32,000 nt of DNA. Origin: Tepidisphaerales bacterium (GTDB lineage: Bacteria > Planctomycetota > Phycisphaerae > Tepidisphaerales > Tepidisphaeraceae). Position 1 is the first letter of the stretch; each line of letters starts with the position of its first letter. The notes beneath the pieces are model-generated. The model worked only from the letters and a program-made list of their open reading frames with translations, searched no databases and was not told where the DNA came from. The translations under genes were made by a program, and so were the position numbers. Below are positions 7,927 through 16,553 of this stretch, in pieces. The stretch covers positions 123,464-155,463 of the forward strand of contig JBKBHU010000007.1 of assembly GCA_046299715.1 (NCBI GenBank). The letters run 5' to 3'.

Positions 7927-9303
7927 ATGGCAGTCGACACGAAACACATCCTGACGGTCGTGAAGAAAAACTGGCTGAGCATCGCCTCGGCCGCGGTGGC
8001 GGTGGTGGCCGTCGCCGTGCCGTTCGTGCTGGCGGACGGATGGATGAGCGAGACGCAAACCGCCCTGGAGCAGCGCCGGGGGGTCGCCCGGACGATCGAA
8101 GACATCGGCCGTAAGAACCGCTCGCTGCCGCAGCTCGACCCCGACGCGACCGAACGCCAGCCGCTGGAGATGTTCCCGTCGCGGTCGGTCATCGCCGCGG
8201 GCAAAGCCGCGCTGGACCACCTGGACAAGCAGGGCAATCTGCTGTTGGAGGAGGCGCTGAAGCTCAACGTCCGCAGGCCGTTGATGGAGGACGTCTTCCG
8301 GGCGACGCCGCAGCAGTACCGCGGTGCGGCGTTTCGTTTCCGCGATGAATACCTTGCGTTCATGACCCGCCAGGAGTCGCCCAGCCCGCGGCCCGACGGG
8401 CTGAGCGTCATGGTCCGCGGGGGCGTGCCGTTCTCGGCCGAGCAGATCCAGCGGTTCATCATGGCCGAGCGCGAGCGTATCCAGCGCGAGCGGGGCATCC
8501 GGTCTGGCGGAAACCTGGTCAACGCGGACGAAATCGCGCGGCTGATCAGCGAAGCTGAGCGAAAGCTCCCCGAGCAGCTCCGCAACGAGGTGGCGCTGAG
8601 CAATCAGGTGTACCTCAGCCCGGACACGTGGATGGTGGACCCCAACATGGCCCCGTCGGTCCAGCCGCCGATGCCCGAAGCGGTGTGGTTCGCGCAGCTG
8701 GGGCTGTGGATCCAGCAGGAGGCCGCCCGGATCGTGCTCGCGGCCAACGAAGGCAGCGCCAACGTCTTCTCGTCGCCGGTCAAGCACCTCGTGGCCGTGC
8801 GGTACGTTCCGTTCGGTCAGGGCGGTGGCCCGTTCGGGCCGTACATCATGCCCGCGGGCGGAGGCAGCAGCGACGCCGGTGGCGACGGCGGGGGCGGCTT
8901 CGGGATGCCTGCCGCACCGACCGGACCGGTCGCCCCGCTGACCGGCAAGGACCCGTCGTCGCCCATCAACCTGGCGCGAGGGGCGTTTCTTACGGGCCGG
9001 CAGGCCTGCGGCTTGTACGACGTGGTGCATTTCAACATGGTCGTCCGCGTCGCCGAGAGCAAAGTCGCCGAGTTCCTCGCGACCATCCCACGCGGACGGC
9101 TGGTCAACGTGCTCAACGTCCAGATGCAGGCGGTGGATTCGGCCGTCGAGTCGGCCGCGGGCTACATCTACGGCAACGACCCGGTGGTGCAGCTCGAAGT
9201 GGAATGCGAAATGATCATGCTGCGGGCATGGACGACCACCCTGATGCCCCCACGGGTGCGGACGCTGCTGGGGGTGGAGTCCGCCGTCGCGGCGACGCCG
9301 TGA
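7927..9303 (+). CDS. Single-pass membrane protein of the PilM cassette (possible PilN/PilO-like role), function unknown
   Basis: 458 aa with N-terminal TM 'NWLSIASAAVAVVAVAVPFVLADGW', a helical region, a Gly-rich insert 'GGGSSDAGGDGGGGFG', and a C-terminal alpha/beta-looking segment 'YDVVHFNMVVRVAESKVAEFLATIPRGRLVNVLNVQMQAVD...VVQLEVECEMIML'. Confidence 0.7.
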   Translation: MAVDTKHILTVVKKNWLSIASAAVAVVAVAVPFVLADGWMSETQTALEQRRGVARTIEDIGRKNRSLPQLDPDATERQPLEMFPSRSVIAAGKAALDHLDKQGNLLLEEALKLNVRRPLMEDVFRATPQQYRGAAFRFRDEYLAFMTRQESPSPRPDGLSVMVRGGVPFSAEQIQRFIMAERERIQRERGIRSGGNLVNADEIARLISEAERKLPEQLRNEVALSNQVYLSPDTWMVDPNMAPSVQPPMPEAVWFAQLGLWIQQEAARIVLAANEGSANVFSSPVKHLVAVRYVPFGQGGGPFGPYIMPAGGGSSDAGGDGGGGFGMPAAPTGPVAPLTGKDPSSPINLARGAFLTGRQACGLYDVVHFNMVVRVAESKVAEFLATIPRGRLVNVLNVQMQAVDSAVESAAGYIYGNDPVVQLEVECEMIMLRAWTTTLMPPRVRTLLGVESAVAATP

Positions 9304-9421
9304 CCGCCGACCTCGCCGCCCGGAAGACGGCCCCGCCCGAAACAGGGTAACTGGATGACTCGCATCGACGACACACCCCCGCACATCGGAACGACCGGAA
9401 CCCCGCAACGAGGTTGATCCC

Positions 9422-11749
9422 ATGAGTAAACCGATCGAACTGATCGAAAAGAACGTGCAGTACGTCACGCTCGGCCTTGGCGGGGCGTTTGTGCTGTTCA
9501 TGGCCTACCGCTACGTCATCAACACGCCGACGGTGGAGGTCGGCGGGCGGTCGCTCTCGGCCGGGCAGGTGGACCCGTACATCGCGGACAACCTGTTGCC
9601 GCAGCTCGAATCGCGGATGAACGCGGGCGGGCGACCGGAGATCGCGTTGCCCACGTTCGATGCCGACTTCCGCGCGGCGTTCGCAGGGCCTCAGGGGCGT
9701 CCGCTGCCGGGCGACTGGACCACCGCCCGCGGGCTCAACCTCGATTTGCCCACCGGTGCGGGGACGGTGCCGTCCCGCCTGCCCACCGATGTGCCGGTCG
9801 CCCCGGGCGGGCCGGTGGTCACGGCCGCCCCGACGCTCCCCAGCGCGATCCCTGTGGGCACCAGCACGGGACTGAGCCTGGTGAACCTCAATCAGTTCGT
9901 GTCGATCGCTCAGCTGGCGGGTGTGCCGAACGTCATGCCCCCGGACTCGCCGCCGATGGGCGGCGGCCCGGGGCCTGGCTTCGGCGGCTCGCCGGAGTTC
10001 GGCTCGGCCGGGCCCGGCGACCCCAACGCCGGGGCGGCCGGTGAAGGCGGCCGTGCCTTCACGCCCCGCACGCCCGTCCGCCCGGGGACGCCCCCGCCGG
10101 CCGCGCCCACGCCGCCGCCGGCCGCCGGCCAGGTGGACCGCACCTGGGTCACGGCCGCGTTTGAGGTGCCGATGGACTCGCTGGCCAACACCTTCGTGGA
10201 CGCCAACGTCCCTGCGGGGCTGGTGACGCTGTTCCTGCGTGTCGAGGTGCAACGGGAAGAGCTGCAGCCTGACGGCTCGTGGGGCAACGCCACGCTCGTG
10301 CGGCCGCTGCAAGGGTCGCCGCTGGCGATGAATCCGCTGCCGCAGGCGGGCAACATCGCGCAGGAGACCAACTATCGGAGCTGGGCGGAGCAGAACCAGC
10401 AGGAGATCCTGCAGCCCAGCTTTTACGCGGTGCTCGGCGGGACGAGCTGGCGGATGCCCGGCGCGCCCGTGGCACCGGGCGCTACCGGCGAGCCGTTCGA
10501 CCCGCGTCGCTACCTCGAGGGACCGATCCCGCCGGAGCTGTCGAAGGAAGAGCGCGACGCCGTCATGCGTGAACGTGCCCGCGAGGCGGCCCGTCGTGCC
10601 GAAGAAGAGCGGCGGCGGCGCATGGAGCAGAACCGCAACCGTCCGCCCCCGGGCATGGGGCCCCCGGGCGGGTTTCCCGGCGGCTTCCCGGGCGGCGGTT
10701 TCCCCGGCGGCGGATTTCCCGGCGGCCCGGGCGGTCGCGGGGGCGGCCGTGGCGGCGGCGCCGGCGGCCTGGTGGCCCCGGTTCCCCCGAAGTTCTCCAT
10801 GGCGCAACCGCCCGGCTGGCACGCGTTGCAGCCGCCGACGTCCACGGTCGCGAACGCTCCGGGCGCAGGCGTGGCGGCTGGCAACCCTTGGACGCTGCCC
10901 ACCAGCTTCATCTACCCGCTGGTGCGGTTTGACGGTCTTCTGGCTGGGCTGAGCCTGCAGACGGGGGGATACGGGCCTCCGTCGCAGCGTCCGCCGGGGT
11001 ATCCGCCGAACTTGCCGTGGCCGCCGCCGGGGTTCGTGCCGCCGAACCTGCCGGGCGGGGCGCGGCCGCCGGGGATGCCCGGCGGGCCGGAGTTCCCGCG
11101 CGGTAGTGAAGAAGGCGGGCCGGGCTGGTCGCCGCCGACGCCGCCGGGCGAGTCAACACCGCCTCCGGCCAACCTCGGGCGAATCCCCCCCGGCGCGTTC
11201 GACCCGAGCAACTGGGCCGACGCCACGGTGATCGCGCTCGCGCACGACGACTCGGTGCAGCCCGGCAAGACGTATCGCTACCGCATGCGGTACATCATGC
11301 TCAACCCCGTGTACGGCCAGCCGGCCGCCGCCGCCGAACCCAGGATCGCGCAGCAGTTCCGTTGGGAGAGCGAGTGGAGCGGCTGGACGGACGCGGTGAC
11401 CGTGCCGTCGCGGGTGAGCTTCTTCGTGTCCGCGCCCATCACCACCGGCGCCAGCAGTATCTCGTTCGAGGTGTTCCAGTTCGTCCGCGGACGGATGACG
11501 AGCCGGACGTTCCAGGTGCAGCCGGGCGACCTCATCGGCTTCAACGACCCTGCCGGCGGCAACTTCGCCACGGGGCACGTGCTGGTGGACGTGCGGCGCG
11601 ACCCCGCACGAAACGAGAACTACGTGCTGATCCTCACGCCCGAGGGCAACCTGATTCGCCGTGACAACAGCGACAGATCGTCGCAGACGTATCAGGAGCT
11701 TCGGCGGCAGCTCAACGCACCCGGACCGGTCGGCGCGGCGGGCAACTGA
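9422..11749 (+). CDS. Large single-pass membrane protein of the PilM cassette with Pro- and Gly-rich low-complexity regions, function unknown
   Basis: 775 aa: N-terminal TM 'YVTLGLGGAFVLFMAYRYVI', charged coiled stretch 'KEERDAVMRERAREAARRAEEERRRRMEQ', Gly-Phe-Pro repeat, and C-terminal beta-rich region 'VQPGKTYRYRMRYIMLNPVYG'. Confidence 0.75.
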   Translation: MSKPIELIEKNVQYVTLGLGGAFVLFMAYRYVINTPTVEVGGRSLSAGQVDPYIADNLLPQLESRMNAGGRPEIALPTFDADFRAAFAGPQGRPLPGDWTTARGLNLDLPTGAGTVPSRLPTDVPVAPGGPVVTAAPTLPSAIPVGTSTGLSLVNLNQFVSIAQLAGVPNVMPPDSPPMGGGPGPGFGGSPEFGSAGPGDPNAGAAGEGGRAFTPRTPVRPGTPPPAAPTPPPAAGQVDRTWVTAAFEVPMDSLANTFVDANVPAGLVTLFLRVEVQREELQPDGSWGNATLVRPLQGSPLAMNPLPQAGNIAQETNYRSWAEQNQQEILQPSFYAVLGGTSWRMPGAPVAPGATGEPFDPRRYLEGPIPPELSKEERDAVMRERAREAARRAEEERRRRMEQNRNRPPPGMGPPGGFPGGFPGGGFPGGGFPGGPGGRGGGRGGGAGGLVAPVPPKFSMAQPPGWHALQPPTSTVANAPGAGVAAGNPWTLPTSFIYPLVRFDGLLAGLSLQTGGYGPPSQRPPGYPPNLPWPPPGFVPPNLPGGARPPGMPGGPEFPRGSEEGGPGWSPPTPPGESTPPPANLGRIPPGAFDPSNWADATVIALAHDDSVQPGKTYRYRMRYIMLNPVYGQPAAAAEPRIAQQFRWESEWSGWTDAVTVPSRVSFFVSAPITTGASSISFEVFQFVRGRMTSRTFQVQPGDLIGFNDPAGGNFATGHVLVDVRRDPARNENYVLILTPEGNLIRRDNSDRSSQTYQELRRQLNAPGPVGAAGN
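10660..10775 (+). repeat. Degenerate tandem repeat encoding (G)GFPGG units followed by GGRGGG
   Basis: Encodes PPGGFPGGFPGGGFPGGGFPGGPGGRGGGRGGGAGG within the 9422..11749 CDS. Confidence 0.8.
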
Positions 11750-11923
11750 CGCGTCGGCCGTGCGGCTGGACCGTGCCCGGCCGGGGGCGTGCAAAGCTTG
11801 CACTCGCCCACCGACAACGTTGTCGCGCCGTCGGCAGGCCTGCGCAGGGAGAAGCCGGCGGCAGCACGAGCGGCGACATGCCGGCGTCGCACACGGCCCG
11901 ATGCCGGCGGGTCTGAGCCTCCG

Positions 11924-11949
11924 TGTCACATATTTCAAACCTTGTGACA
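11924..11949 (+). promoter_or_regulatory. Inverted repeat TGTCACA-N12-TGTGACA upstream of sdhB
   Basis: Perfect 7-bp arms at 11924-11930 and 11943-11949, 14 bp before the upstream ORF start. Confidence 0.4.
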
Positions 11950-11962
11950 TAAAGGGGTTGCG

Positions 11963-12004
11963 ATGGCAGCCGACCGCGGGTTTTTCTATTATCTGAAACC
12001 ATGA
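11963..12004 (+). CDS. Possible 13-codon upstream ORF (MAADRGFFYYLKP*) overlapping the sdhB start
   Basis: ATG at 11963 with GGGG at 11954-11957 upstream. The TGA stop (12002-12004) overlaps the sdhB ATG (12001-12003). Confidence 0.35.
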   Translation: MAADRGFFYYLKP

Positions 12005-12840
12005 GCACGGCCACCGCTACACCTCCGGTTTCACGTACCAGCACCCCCGGCTCGGCAGCACCAGCTGCAGGGGCGGCCGCCACGAGCACGAAGACCATCC
12101 ATGTCCGCATCAAGCGGTGTGACGGCCCGGGCCAGCCGACGCGGTGGGAAGAGTTCAAGATCCCCCACCGGCCCAACATGAACATCATCTCGGTGCTGCA
12201 GTACATCGCGGCCAACCCCGTCACCGCCGACGGCAAGCCGACGTCGCCCCCCGTGTGGGATTCGGGCTGTCTGGAGGAGGTGTGCGGGGCCTGCACGATG
12301 GTGATCAACGGGCGGGTCCGGCAGAGCTGCTCGGCCCTCGTGGACAAGCTCGCCCCCAGCGGCGAGACGATCACGCTCGAGCCGATGACCAAGTTCCCGG
12401 TCATCCGCGACCTCTGGGTGGACCGCAGCCGGCTCTTTGAGGACCTCAAGCGGGTGAAGGCCTGGGTACCGATCGACGGCACGTACGACCTGGGGGCGGG
12501 GCCGCCGATCAGCCAGGAGCTTCAGGAAGAGCGTTACCCGCTGTCGCGGTGCATCTCGTGCGGCTGCTGCCTCGAAGCCTGCCCGCAGTACACGCCCACC
12601 AACAAGTTCGTCGGGGCGGCCGTGATTTCGCAGGCGAGGCTGTTCAACGACCATCCGATCGGCGCGGCGCTGAAAGAAGAGCGGCTGGAGGCCCTCATGG
12701 GCGAAGGCGGTGTGTACAACTGCTCGAAGGCCGGCAACTGCGTTCAGGTGTGCCCGAAGCAGATCCCGCTGCTGGAGTCGATCGCGGCCATCCAGCGGCA
12801 GGTGACCGTTCACCTGATCAAAAAATTCTTCACGAAGTAG
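12001..12840 (+). CDS. sdhB: Succinate dehydrogenase/fumarate reductase iron-sulfur subunit
   Basis: 279 aa with 'WDSGCLEEVCGACTMVINGRVRQSCSALVD', 'CISCGCCLEACPQYTP' and 'CSKAGNCVQVCPKQIPLLESI' cluster motifs. Confidence 0.93.
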   Translation: MSTATATPPVSRTSTPGSAAPAAGAAATSTKTIHVRIKRCDGPGQPTRWEEFKIPHRPNMNIISVLQYIAANPVTADGKPTSPPVWDSGCLEEVCGACTMVINGRVRQSCSALVDKLAPSGETITLEPMTKFPVIRDLWVDRSRLFEDLKRVKAWVPIDGTYDLGAGPPISQELQEERYPLSRCISCGCCLEACPQYTPTNKFVGAAVISQARLFNDHPIGAALKEERLEALMGEGGVYNCSKAGNCVQVCPKQIPLLESIAAIQRQVTVHLIKKFFTK

Positions 12841-13066
12841 AGCCCGGCGAGACCCGCACGCTCCCCCTGCCGAGACCGGCGGGTTGCGTCGCCTCCGGCC
12901 CCCCCGCTGTCGCGAATCGTCGCGCAGGCCGGGCCGCCGGCCCCGCCGCCATGCCGGGGCAGAGGTGTTGACAGGCCCGCTAGGACGAATCCGCCGCCGC
13001 GGACTTCGCATTGACCCCCCTTCTGCCGCCACCGTACGCTCGACTCCTGTGCTGCGGCTCACCCCC

Positions 13067-13756
13067 ATGGGTCTACGCGAGCTGGTGGTCGGCACGCTGC
13101 TGCTGGCTGCCGTAGGGGCGGTCTGCGCGTGGCTGTGGTGGCCGCTGGTCGTGCTGCCGCTGGCTGTGTGGGTGTGGCTGCTGGCGTTCTTTCGCGACCC
13201 CGAGCGGGCGATCCCCGATGAGCCGGACGTGCTGGTCTCGCCGGCCGACGGCACCATTTCCGACATCACGTCCATCCCCGAGCACCCGCAGCTCGGCGGG
13301 CCGGCCGTGAGCATCGGGATCTTCCTCTCGGTGTTCGATGTCCACATCAACCGCAGCCCCTGCGACGGCAGGGTGCTTTCGGCGGTGCATACGCCGGGGA
13401 AGTTCATCAACGCGCTTCGGCATCGTGAGGCGTCGGCCCTGAACGAGGCCAACACGGTGCTTCTCGGTGACGTCGAGACCGGGCGGCCTCTGGTCGTGGT
13501 GCGGCAGATCGTCGGTCTCATCGCACGTCGCATCGTCTTTACCCCCCGCGTGGGAACGGTGCTGCGGCGGGGCGAGCGGATCGGCATGATGAAGTTCGGC
13601 TCCCGCACGGAGCTGATCGTCCCGACGTCGCTGCAGCCGCAGGTGCTCGTGACGGTGGGCCAGAAGGTGCGCGGTGGGAGCGATGTCGTCGTGCGGCTGG
13701 GAGCGGGAAGCCGAGCCTTCGGGTCGGCCCGGCCTTTGCAGGAGACGGCGGTGTGA
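13067..13756 (+). CDS. psd: Phosphatidylserine decarboxylase (short type)
   Basis: 'FFRDPERAIPDEPDVLVSPADGTISDI', 'VSIGIFLSVFDVHINRSPCDG', 'GERIGMMKFGSRTELIVP' (pyruvoyl-type Gly-Ser cleavage site). Start chosen within ORF 12884..13756 because the N-terminal Arg-rich extension looks non-coding. Confidence 0.88.
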   Translation: MGLRELVVGTLLLAAVGAVCAWLWWPLVVLPLAVWVWLLAFFRDPERAIPDEPDVLVSPADGTISDITSIPEHPQLGGPAVSIGIFLSVFDVHINRSPCDGRVLSAVHTPGKFINALRHREASALNEANTVLLGDVETGRPLVVVRQIVGLIARRIVFTPRVGTVLRRGERIGMMKFGSRTELIVPTSLQPQVLVTVGQKVRGGSDVVVRLGAGSRAFGSARPLQETAV

Positions 13757-14712
13757 GCGTCCCGACCGGCCCAAGCGGCTCTCCGGACCTGCCGCCGCCC
13801 CGCTCCAGCGCGAGGTCGGCCCTGCCGCCGACAGACCGGGAGGCCTGGCGGGAAGCGCGTCGGCTGCGTTTCCGTCGGCGTGGGCGGCGGGCGTACATCC
13901 GCTCGGTCTATTTCCTGCCGTCGATGGCCACGCTGGGCAACGCCCTCTGCGGCTTCGGGGCCATCTACGTCGCCGCCCTCACGCCCGAGCAGTCGGGGGG
14001 CGACCCGTGGACCAGTTTTTTCGCCCGGCACCACTTCGTCGTTGCCGCCTACCTCATCTTCATCGCCATGGTGTGGGACGCTCTCGACGGCCGGCTGGCC
14101 CGCTGGACGCGGCACACCACCGACTTCGGCGGCCAGCTCGACTCCCTGGCCGATGTGATTTCCTTCGGCGCCGCCCCCGCGTTCCTGGCCCTTCAGGTGT
14201 TCAAGACGCTGGGCCCGCAGGACATTCCGCTGGAGCTGTCGCGCTTCGTGTGGGCGATCGGCGCGTTGTACGTGGCTTGCGCGGCGATCCGGCTGGCCCG
14301 GTTCAACGTGTCGAATGAGCACGGGGAGCAGTCGCACTTTTCGTTTCTCGGTTTGCCGTCGCCGGGAGCCGGCGGCGCCGTCGCCGGCTTCGTGCTCATG
14401 CAGCAGTGGCTGGCGGGAAGCGTGCGGACGTGGCAGGTGCAGCTCGCCGACGGACTCGTGTACGTCCTGCCCGCGGTTGTGCTGCTGTGCGGCCTGCTGA
14501 TGGTGTCCAACATCCGCTACCCGCACGTGGTCAACCGCTACCTGCGGGGGCGCAAGTCGATCTGGCGGATCGTCGGCATCCTCTCGCTGCTCCTGCTGCT
14601 GCTGGTGGCGCACCAGGTGACGCTGGGGGTGGTCCTGCTGGCGTACGTGCTGCTGGGCGTGGCGGGCTGGCTGTGGGCGAAGGCACGACGGAGCCCCGCC
14701 GAAGCCGCCTAG
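13753..14712 (+). CDS. pssA: CDP-diacylglycerol--serine O-phosphatidyltransferase
   Basis: CDP-alcohol phosphotransferase motif 'WDALDGRLARWTRHTTDFGGQLDSLADVISFGAAPA' and multiple TM segments. The GTG start overlaps the psd stop (GTGTGA). Confidence 0.9.
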   Translation: MSVPTGPSGSPDLPPPRSSARSALPPTDREAWREARRLRFRRRGRRAYIRSVYFLPSMATLGNALCGFGAIYVAALTPEQSGGDPWTSFFARHHFVVAAYLIFIAMVWDALDGRLARWTRHTTDFGGQLDSLADVISFGAAPAFLALQVFKTLGPQDIPLELSRFVWAIGALYVACAAIRLARFNVSNEHGEQSHFSFLGLPSPGAGGAVAGFVLMQQWLAGSVRTWQVQLADGLVYVLPAVVLLCGLLMVSNIRYPHVVNRYLRGRKSIWRIVGILSLLLLLLVAHQVTLGVVLLAYVLLGVAGWLWAKARRSPAEAA

Positions 14713-14814
14713 GCGACGGGGGGCGTGCCCATCCACCGCCACGGCGGCTGCCGACCGTTGCCGCGGCCGCCCCATGCCCGCGCCTTGCCCTCTCCCACCT
14801 ACACTCCCCCTCCC

Positions 14815-16470
14815 ATGTCCGCCGCGGCTTCCCCCACCGGACCGGTCGTCACGCGATTCGCCCCTTCACCCACCGGCTACCTGCACGTCGGCGGGGCGCG
14901 CACGGCACTGTTCAACTGGCTGCTCGCCCGCGCGACCGGCGGCAAGTACTACCTTCGGATCGAAGACACCGACCTCGCCCGCTCTACGGAAGATGCCGTC
15001 CGCCAGCTCCTGGAGGACCTGACGTGGCTGGGGCTCATGTGGGACAACCCCGAGCTGATGTATCAGTCGCGCCGACTGCACGTGTACAACCGCATCATCG
15101 ACGAGCTGATGGCGCGGGGGCTGGCGTACGAAGCGTGGGAGACGCCGGAAGAACTGGAGGCCATGCGGCTGCAGGCGCAGAAAGCGCGGCGGCCGTTCAT
15201 CTACCGCCGCCGCAGCTACTCCGCCGACGAGCTGAGGCGGTTCCGTGACGAAGGGCGCAAGCCCGTCATCCGGTTCGTGATGCCGGTGAAGGAGTACCGC
15301 TTCCATGACGTGGTGCTCGGCAAGGACGTCGTGCAGCCGGCCGCCGAGAGCCAGGACTTTGTCATCCGCAAGGCCGACGGCATGCCGACGTACCACTTCG
15401 GGGTCGTCGTGGACGACGCGGAGATGGGCATCACGCACGTTCTTCGCGGCCTCGAGCACCTCAAGAACACGTTCAACCACATCGCGCTGCAGGAAGCGCT
15501 GGGCTACCCGCGACCCGTCTACGCGCACCTCTCGGTGATGCTCAACCCCGAAACCGGCGAGAAGCTCTCGAAGCGCGACCGCGACCGCCGCATCCGCCGC
15601 CGCACACAGGAAGTGCTCAGGTCCACGCGACGCAGCGTGGACGAGCTGGCAACGCAGGCCGGGCTCCCCGTCGATCGGCTCAAGCAGTGGCTGGAGGATG
15701 AAACGGTGCAGCTCGACCTCGCCGAGCAGCCCAAGGTCATGGCGGTGGTGGGCCTGAAGGAGAGCGACCTGCCGGAGATCATGATCCACGACTTCCGCCG
15801 AAACGGGTACACGCCGGAGGTGCTGCTGAACTTTCTTGCCCTGCAGGGCTGGTCGCCCGGCGGCGACCTGGAGCAGATGTCGGTGGACGAGCTGGTCCGC
15901 CGGTTCTCGCTCGACCGCATCAACCCGTCCAACCCCAAGTTCAACCGCGACAAGCTCAAGAGCTTCTCCACCGACGCCTTCGCTCGGATGTCGCCCGAGC
16001 AGCTGGTCCGGGCCCTGCGGGACTACCTGTCCGTCAACCCGGACAGCCCGCTCAACCGCGGCAGCGACGCCCAGCTCGCCGAAGTCCTGAAAATGAACGC
16101 AGGGTTCCACATCCTGCGCGAGGTGGATGAGAAGTCGCGGTTCCTGTTCCTCACCACGGACGAGCTGGCGTGGTCGCCCGACGCGGTGGACAAAGTCCTG
16201 CTGAAAAACGAGAAGCAGGGCCTTGCCGCACTGCGGGACGTACGGCCGCTGCTGGCCGACGCCCCCGAGTGGACCGCGACCTCGCTCGAGTCGCTGGTCA
16301 AGTCGTTCGCCGAGTCCCGCGGGCTGGGATTGGGCAAGGTGGCCCAGCCGATCCGGGTGGCCGTGTCCGGCACGAGCGTGTCTCCGCCGATCTTCGAATC
16401 GCTGGCGTTTCTCGGCCGCGACGAGACGCTCCGCCGCATCGACCGCTGCCTGGCGTTCTGTGGGGCCTGA
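14815..16470 (+). CDS. gltX: Glutamate--tRNA ligase
   Basis: 'VVTRFAPSPTGYLHVGGARTALFNWLLAR', 'YHFGVVVDDAEMGITHVLRGLEHLKNTFNHI', 'ETGEKLSKRDRD' (KLSKR). Start chosen at MSAAASP. Confidence 0.93.
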   Translation: MSAAASPTGPVVTRFAPSPTGYLHVGGARTALFNWLLARATGGKYYLRIEDTDLARSTEDAVRQLLEDLTWLGLMWDNPELMYQSRRLHVYNRIIDELMARGLAYEAWETPEELEAMRLQAQKARRPFIYRRRSYSADELRRFRDEGRKPVIRFVMPVKEYRFHDVVLGKDVVQPAAESQDFVIRKADGMPTYHFGVVVDDAEMGITHVLRGLEHLKNTFNHIALQEALGYPRPVYAHLSVMLNPETGEKLSKRDRDRRIRRRTQEVLRSTRRSVDELATQAGLPVDRLKQWLEDETVQLDLAEQPKVMAVVGLKESDLPEIMIHDFRRNGYTPEVLLNFLALQGWSPGGDLEQMSVDELVRRFSLDRINPSNPKFNRDKLKSFSTDAFARMSPEQLVRALRDYLSVNPDSPLNRGSDAQLAEVLKMNAGFHILREVDEKSRFLFLTTDELAWSPDAVDKVLLKNEKQGLAALRDVRPLLADAPEWTATSLESLVKSFAESRGLGLGKVAQPIRVAVSGTSVSPPIFESLAFLGRDETLRRIDRCLAFCGA

Positions 16471-16553
16471 CCCGCGTCCCGGAGGAAACGCCCATCTCGC
16501 CGCCGCGCGTCGTCCCGGCCGTCGCACAGCTCGTGTTGCCGGACCTTGGCGGC

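Noticed and set aside
5211-8603. 1130-aa minus-strand ORF across pilM and the following gene
   Set aside because: Antisense to a gene with clear PilM motifs. Composition is low complexity, rich in Arg/Ser/His. Long antisense open frames are expected at this GC content.
9355-9417. 20-codon ORF MTRIDDTPPHIGTTGTPQRG* ending 4 nt before the 9422 start
   Set aside because: No clear ribosome site and no striking composition. Kept only as a possibility for coupling, too weak to list.
7756-10822. Minus-strand ORFs of 581 aa (7756..9501) and 535 aa (9215..10822)
   Set aside because: Antisense to the cassette genes, Arg/Gly/Pro/His-rich with no domain-like pattern.
12031-14775. 914-aa minus-strand ORF across sdhB, psd and pssA
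   Set aside because: Antisense shadow of three recognisable genes, with no recognisable motif.
14866-16527. 553-aa minus-strand ORF opposite gltX
   Set aside because: gltX on the plus strand is unambiguous.
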